From assembly GCA_039803205.1 (NCBI GenBank), contig JBDRYB010000002.1, positions 32,001 through 96,000 of the forward strand: a stretch of 64,000 nucleotides of DNA, in the 5' to 3' direction. Position 1 is the stretch's first letter. Each line of letters begins with the position of its first letter. The stretch is from a candidate division WOR-3 bacterium. Its GTDB lineage: Bacteria; Hydrothermota; Hydrothermia; JBDRYB01. Below, in pieces: positions 57,507 to 64,000 of the stretch. The position numbers and the translations under genes were made by a program. The notes below the pieces were generated by a model. That model was not told the DNA's origin. It saw nothing but the letters and a program-made list of their open reading frames with translations, and ran no database searches.

Positions 57507-58640
57507 GTGAAGACCCTTGACAGGATGATCCTGAGGCAGGTCATCGCGCCATTCGTTGGCTCACTTGCTACATTCTCGGTAATAATGCTCCTGGATAGGA
57601 TGTTTGACCTCATGGACCTCTTGATCCGCAAAGGCGTTCCTCCTGGAACGGTTGGCCTCGTAGTCGCATATACCATGCCCTTCATCCTCTCCTTCACAGC
57701 CCCTATGGCGGTCCTTGTTGCCATACTCGTTGCTTTCGGGAGGATGGCGCAGGACAACGAGGTTCTTGCCGCGAAGGCCCTTGGCATATCAGTGAAACGC
57801 CTCGCTTTCGGACCTTTTGTTGGAGCGATTGTTCTCGTGGGAGTCCTGTTCTGGGCTAACAACTACCTGGTTCCCGAGGCAAACCATCGCCTCAAAACCC
57901 TTCTCGTTGAAATAGGCCAGAAACGCCCCACCGCGCAGATAAAGAAGGGGCTTTTCACCCAGATTGAGGGGTATCTGGTCTATGTTGAGGACAAGGATGA
58001 CAGGACGGGGAGAATAGAGGATGTAAAGATACAGGAGATGGGCGGCAGTGAGCCGAAGACAATAATTGCCAAGAGGGGCAGGGTTTTTGTATCAGGTGAT
58101 ACGGTCATGGTCTTCGCCCTTGAGGACGGAGAGATCCACCAGGCAATAGGCCCCAGAAAGGATGTCTACAGGCTCATCTCATTTGAGAGATACAAGATGA
58201 AGATCCCCATAAATCCAGAGATGCTGAGGGAGGAACGCAAGTTTCGCGCGGACAAGGAAAAGCTCCTCTCTCATCTGGCCAAGGACCTATCCGAACAGGA
58301 GAAAAATCTCGGGAAACCAGGACTGGACCCTGGCGCGAAGAGGTCGGTTTTGATCCGGATCGCTCAGATATGGGTTGAGCTTCACAAGCGTTTTGCCTTG
58401 CCCGTCGCGGGGCTCATATTCGTTCTTCTCGGGGTTCCCGTTGCTGTAATGACGAGGCGGGGCGGCTACGGGACAGCGTTTGGGATATCCTTCTTCATCT
58501 TTGTCCTTTATTACATAATGCTTCTCTCTGGCGAACAACTCTCCACGAGGGGCATTTTGCCCCATCCGGTTATCTGGGTTCCCAACCTGCTATTCGTTGG
58601 CCTCGCGATCTGGCTCATTAGAAAAGAAGAGAGAAAATAG
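57507..58640 (+). CDS. LptF/LptG-family LPS export permease
   Basis: LDR.IL, PMAVL.A.L..FGRM..DNE..A...GIS, L.DGEI, ELHKRFALP, WVPNLLF. Confidence 0.9.
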   Translation: MKTLDRMILRQVIAPFVGSLATFSVIMLLDRMFDLMDLLIRKGVPPGTVGLVVAYTMPFILSFTAPMAVLVAILVAFGRMAQDNEVLAAKALGISVKRLAFGPFVGAIVLVGVLFWANNYLVPEANHRLKTLLVEIGQKRPTAQIKKGLFTQIEGYLVYVEDKDDRTGRIEDVKIQEMGGSEPKTIIAKRGRVFVSGDTVMVFALEDGEIHQAIGPRKDVYRLISFERYKMKIPINPEMLREERKFRADKEKLLSHLAKDLSEQEKNLGKPGLDPGAKRSVLIRIAQIWVELHKRFALPVAGLIFVLLGVPVAVMTRRGGYGTAFGISFFIFVLYYIMLLSGEQLSTRGILPHPVIWVPNLLFVGLAIWLIRKEERK

Positions 58641-58643
58641 CCC

Positions 58644-59363
58644 CTACCACCTTAAAGCGCGTCCGTTTTCCCTGAACCAGCGCCTTCTTTCCTTGTGATC
58701 GGGGATGAAATCAGCCACGAAATTCCAGAAATCCTTTGAGTGGTTTCTGTGCCTGAGGTGCGCGAGCTCGTGAACAACCACATAATCAACCATGGGCTCA
58801 GGGGCCATTATCACCCTGAAGTTGAGGTTTATGTTTCCGCGCCCCGAGCAGCTCCCCCAACCGCTTTTCTGATCCTTTATGAAGACCCTCTTGGGTTTCA
58901 CCCGCATCCTCCTGGCCCAGGCCTGAACCTTGCCGAAAAGGAAAACCCTTGCCTCTTCCCTATACCACTTGATGAGCACAGACCTTATCTGATCCGAGCG
59001 CATGTCCGGCGGACCCTCAACCACTATCATCCTGGGGGTCTTGAAGACCTTGATGTGCCTGGCTTTCGGTTTTCTCTTGATTGAGAGCCTGAGGCCTTTG
59101 CCCAAATAAGGAAAGGTCTCGTTGTCGGCGAATCGTTTCTTGGGTGGCACAACTTTGTTTAAGATCTCAACGATCTGGTCAATGTTCCTGAGAAGGACCC
59201 TCTTTATCTGCTGGAGCGAGGCGCCTTTTGGCGCTGATACCAGAAGTCCCTCTTTGGTATACTTGACCCCTACGGAGACCCTCCCCTCCTCCCTCACGAG
59301 CCAATAGATTATCGTTCTTCCGGGTATCTTTAGCTTGTGCTGAACGGGTTTGGCCCCCTTCAT
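58644..59363 (-). CDS. M48/YgjP-like (DUF45) metalloprotein
   Basis: KS.WGSCS, INLN, DYVVVHELAHL..NHS..FW; ATG 59363 overlaps the USP stop. Confidence 0.88.
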   Translation of the reverse strand: MKGAKPVQHKLKIPGRTIIYWLVREEGRVSVGVKYTKEGLLVSAPKGASLQQIKRVLLRNIDQIVEILNKVVPPKKRFADNETFPYLGKGLRLSIKRKPKARHIKVFKTPRMIVVEGPPDMRSDQIRSVLIKWYREEARVFLFGKVQAWARRMRVKPKRVFIKDQKSGWGSCSGRGNINLNFRVIMAPEPMVDYVVVHELAHLRHRNHSKDFWNFVADFIPDHKERRRWFRENGRALRW

Positions 59364-60184
59364 TCCTTTACCACTATCAACGGCCAAGGAGACATCTTTA
59401 TCACCCTTTCCGTTGTGCTGCCGAGAAGCCACCTCTCAAGCCCCGTTGCCCCGCGACTGCCCATTATCGTGAGGGGAATGTTGTGCTTCGTTATGTATCT
59501 GGCTATGCCGTCGCCGGATTCCGGGTGGCTTATTACCTCTGGCTTTACCTCGCCCTCGGAAAGCCCCTTTGCTTTTAAGGCGTATCTCAGCTCATCCAGG
59601 GCCTTGTCCATCTCCTCCGCAGTGGGAGGTATGTCCGCGAACTCATATACGAAAAGGAGGTGGACGGGCGCTGAGAAGGCCCTTGCTATGGGCAAAGCAA
59701 AGTCCAGAGCCACGAAAGAGGCATCCGAGAGATCTGTTGGAACAAGGAGCCTATCTATCTTCGGGATCATGTCCTTGGCCCTCGCGATGAGCACGGGTCT
59801 CCGGGTGCCATGTAGGACCTGCCTCGCGGTTGAACCAGCGTATTTCTCCTCTCCGGGCACTCCGGCCCTGCCCAAGGCTATCATATCCGCGTGGAGGCTT
59901 TCAGCGGCGTCCAACAAGCACCTCCCCGTGGCCTCTGATTCGGCTATCTCGTATGATACCCCGATGCCCATTTTGGCGAGGCCGCCCGCTATTTCCTCCA
60001 GCTTCGCGCTCACGGTGTTTTTCCTCTCAAGATACCTCGCCTTGTCCGTCTCGTGCCTGGAAGGCGGCCTCATTATGTATATGGCGTGAATGGTCGCGCC
60101 GGTGCGCTTCGCTATCTCAGCGGCTATCTGCCCAGCAAAAATGCTATCCTCGTAAAAATCACAACCCCAAAGGATCCGCTTCAT
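59360..60184 (-). CDS. Tandem universal stress protein
   Basis: KRIL..CDF, LLVPTDLS..S, IMGSRG..G..R.LLGSTTERV. Confidence 0.9.
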   Translation of the reverse strand: MKRILWGCDFYEDSIFAGQIAAEIAKRTGATIHAIYIMRPPSRHETDKARYLERKNTVSAKLEEIAGGLAKMGIGVSYEIAESEATGRCLLDAAESLHADMIALGRAGVPGEEKYAGSTARQVLHGTRRPVLIARAKDMIPKIDRLLVPTDLSDASFVALDFALPIARAFSAPVHLLFVYEFADIPPTAEEMDKALDELRYALKAKGLSEGEVKPEVISHPESGDGIARYITKHNIPLTIMGSRGATGLERWLLGSTTERVIKMSPWPLIVVKE

Positions 60185-60250
60185 GAACAAATTATATTGC
60201 AGGGGAAGGGCCCCGTGCCTCTTGATTTACCCGAACCCCTCTCCTGCCTT

Positions 60251-61519
60251 ATGCTTTGTGCCTTGAGGAAGCTCATTCTGGTCTTCGGGATAGCTATATG
60301 CTTCAAGGCCCTGGTTTCCGCTCCGGCTCTCCTCAACCCTCAAAGGGCCTATGGCATGGATACCAAGGGCTACATATCCATAGCCGAAAACCTCTTTCTG
60401 GGGCGCGGGTTCTCCTGGGACGATTCTCCGCCATACCACCAAAACATCGTGAGGACGCCCCCGTATCCCTTGGTTCTCTCCGTGCTATACTGCCCTTTTC
60501 GGGACGAGAGGCCTGTTCTCATCTTTCAAATCCTGCTCGGCGCTTTCCTCGCTACCCTCGTTTTCCTTCTGGGCCAGAGGGTCTCTGGAAACGGTCTTGT
60601 TGGGGGGCTTTTGGCCGCCTGCGACCCGTTTACAGCCCTCTTCGGTGCCATGCTTTACTCGGAAACCCTTTTTGCCGTGCTCCTGGCTCTTGGCGCGCTC
60701 CTGCTTTTCAGCCGGAGGAACACGCTAGCCGGGCTAATAATGGGACTCGCTTGCCTGACGAGGCCAGCTGGGATAGCGCTCGTGCTCGGAGGGATATATC
60801 CGGCCTGGAGAAAGGACTGGCGAGGCCTGCTGAACTTTCTCTGGGGATTTCTCGTTTTGCCCATCATGTGGGCGCTGAGAAACTACATGGTATCAGGGAT
60901 CTTCACCCTCTCATCCGTCTCTGATGTCAACATGTATGTCTTTCTCGGCCCCATGACAAAGGCAGAGGCTTTTGGGATAACATATCAGGAGGCCTGGGGA
61001 TCATCACGCTCAGACCTTTATCTCAAATATGACAAGGATCCGTGGCGAGCCGCGAACGATCCGGATTTCGTGCGTGAAGCAAGGGCAGAGGGACTCCGGG
61101 AGATAAAGGGACATCCATCAGCGTTCGTGAAAATATATCTGAAGGGGCTCCTCAAAGGCCTCGGCGGCCTTGATTTCAACCTTCCCTCGCATGTCCTCGC
61201 TGAGCCGCAGAAAACCCATGGTTCCCTCACGGCCGCAGTTTTTGCGCTTGTCCGTGGGGATCTCAGGGGGTTTTGGGAAGGGCTTATCCAAAGATTATCA
61301 GGAACCCATCCCATTGCTCTCGTCTACACAATATATTCCTGGATATTTTTGATATTACTGTATGTTCTTGTTGCCAGGGGGATCAGGATGAAGCCAGAGG
61401 AGATAACATGCCTCGCGATTAGCATTGGGCTGATCTTCGTCGCCGGTCCACTTGCCTCATTCAGGTTCAGGACCCCTGCGCACCCCCTGCTAGAGGGAAT
61501 ATCTAGGTGGAGGCACTAA
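60251..61519 (+). CDS. GT-C fold (ArnT/PMT-like) membrane glycosyltransferase
   Basis: D...Y...A.NL..G.G, RTPPYP, YSETLF, LACLTRP, W..RNY, RFR.P. Confidence 0.78.
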   Translation: MLCALRKLILVFGIAICFKALVSAPALLNPQRAYGMDTKGYISIAENLFLGRGFSWDDSPPYHQNIVRTPPYPLVLSVLYCPFRDERPVLIFQILLGAFLATLVFLLGQRVSGNGLVGGLLAACDPFTALFGAMLYSETLFAVLLALGALLLFSRRNTLAGLIMGLACLTRPAGIALVLGGIYPAWRKDWRGLLNFLWGFLVLPIMWALRNYMVSGIFTLSSVSDVNMYVFLGPMTKAEAFGITYQEAWGSSRSDLYLKYDKDPWRAANDPDFVREARAEGLREIKGHPSAFVKIYLKGLLKGLGGLDFNLPSHVLAEPQKTHGSLTAAVFALVRGDLRGFWEGLIQRLSGTHPIALVYTIYSWIFLILLYVLVARGIRMKPEEITCLAISIGLIFVAGPLASFRFRTPAHPLLEGISRWRH

Positions 61520-63063
61520 CCTTGAGGAAGAACCTGCCCGCAATCATCACCTTCGTGCTCTCGGCCGTCATCGGTATTACCCTCTCTGTGATGGGCTCTC
61601 TCCGTTATCAGGCTGGGAACGCTGGCTTCTATGACCTCGGCATAATGGAGCAAATAGCCTGGAACCTTGGTTTTCGGTATGACCTTTCTTTTCTCGTTAA
61701 AGGACACCTGCGGCCTCTGTTTTTAATCATTGCCATTGTTTACCGCGCGTTTCCTCGTGCGGAGACCCTTATTGTAATAGGCTCTATCTCGGTTGCGGCA
61801 GGAGGCATCTCCTTCTATTTCCTCGGCAAAAGGGCGATCGGCCCCTGGGCTGGGTTTTTCCTTTCCGTTTTCTATCTGCTCCATCCGGGGACATGGTATC
61901 TCGCTCTTTTTGACTTCCATCCGGATGCCCTTTTTCCCCTTATTGTCAGCATAGCCCTAATCTTCCTTGAAGGGAAGAGGCCTTGGCCCTTCCTCGCTTT
62001 TTCGCTAAGCCCTCTTCTTCTCAAGGAAACCCTTGCTCTGCCGATCGCAGTGCTCGGAATCGTGGCTTTTATTAAGGGCCTCAAGAAGCAAGGGGCCATC
62101 ATTGCGGCTGTGGCTCTCGTCTGGTTCCTGATTGCCAGCTTCTGGCTTGTTCCAGCCTTCAATCCCCAAGGTCCATACACGAGGTTCTTTGGGCCTCCCT
62201 CGCTAAGCTGGGCAAAGGTGACATATTGGCTCTTTCTCATGTTGCCCTTGGGCTTACTGCCAATTCTGAGGCCCCTTGAACTCCTCCCAGGATTGGTCCA
62301 CTCAGGCCTCATTGTATTCGCGGCATTCCCCGGCTACTACGGGATTGAGACCCAGTATGCCGCGCAGTTCCTTCCCTTTGGGTTGTGGGCTACAGCCGTC
62401 CTTATGTCAAGGGTCAACTGGAGAAAAATAGCGCCATTAATCCTCGGGTTCTCCTTTCTTGGCCACGCGCTTTTCGCGCCAACGCCTTTCGGGATCGTGT
62501 TTTACAGGCCGGATAAACCGTTTAATCTCTGGATATATCAAGTAACCAAGAGGGACCAAGAGGTTACGAGGGCAATATCTGAGCGCGTTCCTCGCGATGT
62601 CTCCCTTTGCGCGCAGATAAACCTGATAACGGGCGGCGTTCCGCAGAGAGCGAGGCTCTGGCCCTTTCCAGAAGGGCTCGAGGAGGCTCAGTATGTCCTC
62701 CTGGACACGGCAACCGGAAGATGGGTTGGAATGAATAGGGACGAGGAGGGATACAGGTCCTGGGCAAGCAAGGTCCTGAGCGATCCCGCATGGGAGATAA
62801 TATATCAGGATGGGGAGGGGCTTTTTGTTCTGAGGAGGATAAGGTCAGAGCCGTCAAGGTTGAGCGAAACCCTGCGGGCGCGACACGGGCACGGGCAGTT
62901 TTCCCTTGAGCATCTCCTTTGCCTTATCCGACACCTCAAGAAGCCTCCTGCCCGCCTCAGAAGCGCTTATTCCAGCATCCTCTTCCCTCTCAAGATAAAC
63001 CAGGCACCTCGAGAAGGGCTTCGGGATCATGAACCGGTCCCAGGAACCGATCTCCCAGTATGA
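61507..63063 (+). CDS. DUF2079-family membrane protein (GT-C-like)
   Basis: YDLGI.EQ..WN, H..P, DFHP, L.KE, QY.A; the C-terminal ~70 codons overlap the opposite-strand gene. Confidence 0.75.
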   Translation: MEALTLRKNLPAIITFVLSAVIGITLSVMGSLRYQAGNAGFYDLGIMEQIAWNLGFRYDLSFLVKGHLRPLFLIIAIVYRAFPRAETLIVIGSISVAAGGISFYFLGKRAIGPWAGFFLSVFYLLHPGTWYLALFDFHPDALFPLIVSIALIFLEGKRPWPFLAFSLSPLLLKETLALPIAVLGIVAFIKGLKKQGAIIAAVALVWFLIASFWLVPAFNPQGPYTRFFGPPSLSWAKVTYWLFLMLPLGLLPILRPLELLPGLVHSGLIVFAAFPGYYGIETQYAAQFLPFGLWATAVLMSRVNWRKIAPLILGFSFLGHALFAPTPFGIVFYRPDKPFNLWIYQVTKRDQEVTRAISERVPRDVSLCAQINLITGGVPQRARLWPFPEGLEEAQYVLLDTATGRWVGMNRDEEGYRSWASKVLSDPAWEIIYQDGEGLFVLRRIRSEPSRLSETLRARHGHGQFSLEHLLCLIRHLKKPPARLRSAYSSILFPLKINQAPREGLRDHEPVPGTDLPV

Positions 63064-63489
63064 GGAATAAGCAACCCCCACATAGAGAATGGGGGCCTTG
63101 AGTCCGGTCGCCAAGCGCCAAGCCCCCTCCTTGAACTCATACCGGGGGCCCCGTGGGCCATCTGGGGTTATCGCAACCGAGTTGCCCCGCCTTATTCCCT
63201 CAATTGCCGCACGAACCGCCTTGCCTCCTTCCCTTGTTGCTGAGCCCCGGGCCAGGCCAAACCCGAATATCCTGAGGACCCCCGCAACAAGCTCCCCATC
63301 CTTGTGGGTTGAGACGAGGACGACAACCCCCCTTCTCCTGTGGGTGAATATGAGGGGAAAAAGCCTGTTGTGCCAGAAGAGATAGACTACGGGATCGAAG
63401 AAAGCGTCTGCCCCACAGAAACGAACCCTAATCGTGCGGAGCCAAAGGTAATAAATGGGAGCTATAAGATAAGGAAGGATCCTTCTCAT
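62854..63489 (-). CDS. DUF374 / lysophospholipid acyltransferase family protein
   Basis: FWHNR, LVS..KDGE, ARGS, ITPDGPRGP, SWDRF.IPKPFS. Confidence 0.88.
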   Translation of the reverse strand: MRRILPYLIAPIYYLWLRTIRVRFCGADAFFDPVVYLFWHNRLFPLIFTHRRRGVVVLVSTHKDGELVAGVLRIFGFGLARGSATREGGKAVRAAIEGIRRGNSVAITPDGPRGPRYEFKEGAWRLATGLKAPILYVGVAYSSYWEIGSWDRFMIPKPFSRCLVYLEREEDAGISASEAGRRLLEVSDKAKEMLKGKLPVPVSRPQGFAQP

Positions 63490-64000
63490 CTCTGAAAAAC
63501 GCTGAAAGGAACTGGGGTTATGGTAAGAATAAAAAGAACAAGTGAGAGAAGTCCGAGGAGGATGCGCTTGGGGTCAGGCGCTATGGCATCAACCAGGGTA
63601 GGAGGATGTTTTATCCCGAATATCAGGATCAGGAGGGCCCACCACCACCAGCCTGGCCAGAATATTCCCGCGACTATGAGAACTGCCCAGAAGGCCCACG
63701 CGAACGGCTTGTGCCACTTGCCCATCAACGCATACGCTATGTGGCCTCCATCCAGCTGGCCAACGGGGATTAGGTTCAGGGCAGTGACGAAGAAGCCTAT
63801 CCAGCCAGCAAAGGCAACAGGGTGCAGCATTACATCGTAGCCCTCCGGGGGCCTACCTATGGCTATGAGGCTGATTAACCTAAAAAGGAGGGAGTCCCCG
63901 AGAATAAGCGCGGCGCCCATGTCGCTCTTTGGAACAAAAGAGGAGAGCTTGAGGCCGATGAATGTAAGGGGCAGGGCCGCAATGAGGCCCGCTATTGGGC
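63486..64000 (-). CDS. Site-2 protease (M50 family), 5' truncated by window edge
   Basis: HPVAFAGWIG..VTALNLIPVGQLDGGHI; PIAG at the window edge. Confidence 0.88.
   Translation of the reverse strand, partial: PIAGLIAALPLTFIGLKLSSFVPKSDMGAALILGDSLLFRLISLIAIGRPPEGYDVMLHPVAFAGWIGFFVTALNLIPVGQLDGGHIAYALMGKWHKPFAWAFWAVLIVAGIFWPGWWWWALLILIFGIKHPPTLVDAIAPDPKRILLGLLSLVLFILTITPVPFSVFQR

Noticed and set aside
60053..60250. Long N-terminal extension of the GT-C gene (similar extensions on serS, mtaD, OPT, LVIVD, DUF4870)
   Set aside because: These extensions overlap neighbouring genes or promoters; downstream starts fit the domain boundaries better.

Overview
A gene-dense window from a diderm bacterium (LptF/G, Wzi, AsmA, DUF374 acyltransferase). 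Frequent AGG/ATA codons, an Asp-ligated ferredoxin and secreted beta-propellers with T9SS-like C-terminal domains suggest a thermophilic, FCB-related lineage such as candidate division WOR-3; this is inference only. Housekeeping and metabolic genes include purA, gatA, 2-oxoacid:ferredoxin oxidoreductase beta/gamma, pyrR, proline dehydrogenase, mtaD, serS, speE, speB, an M16 protease pair, OPT and ABC transporters and tRNA-Lys(UUU). Accessory elements: (1) decayed IS1634-, ISLre2- and IS4-type remnants, one of which appears to supply the gatA stop codon; (2) four tandem PrcB-like exported proteins between korB and korC; (3) an ECF sigma/anti-sigma/Ig-repeat unit; (4) a SHOCT-motif operon whose likely DUF2089 partner lies 20 kb away; (5) a NYN ribonuclease gene with a structured terminator-like 5' leader, next to a putative type II R-M pair; (6) a two-gene DUF1828-type module plus nuclease remnants between speE and speB. 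Many first genes of transcription units look leaderless (TANNNT, 6-8 nt, start codon). No CRISPR array or rRNA was seen. Family calls come from motif recognition, not database searches.
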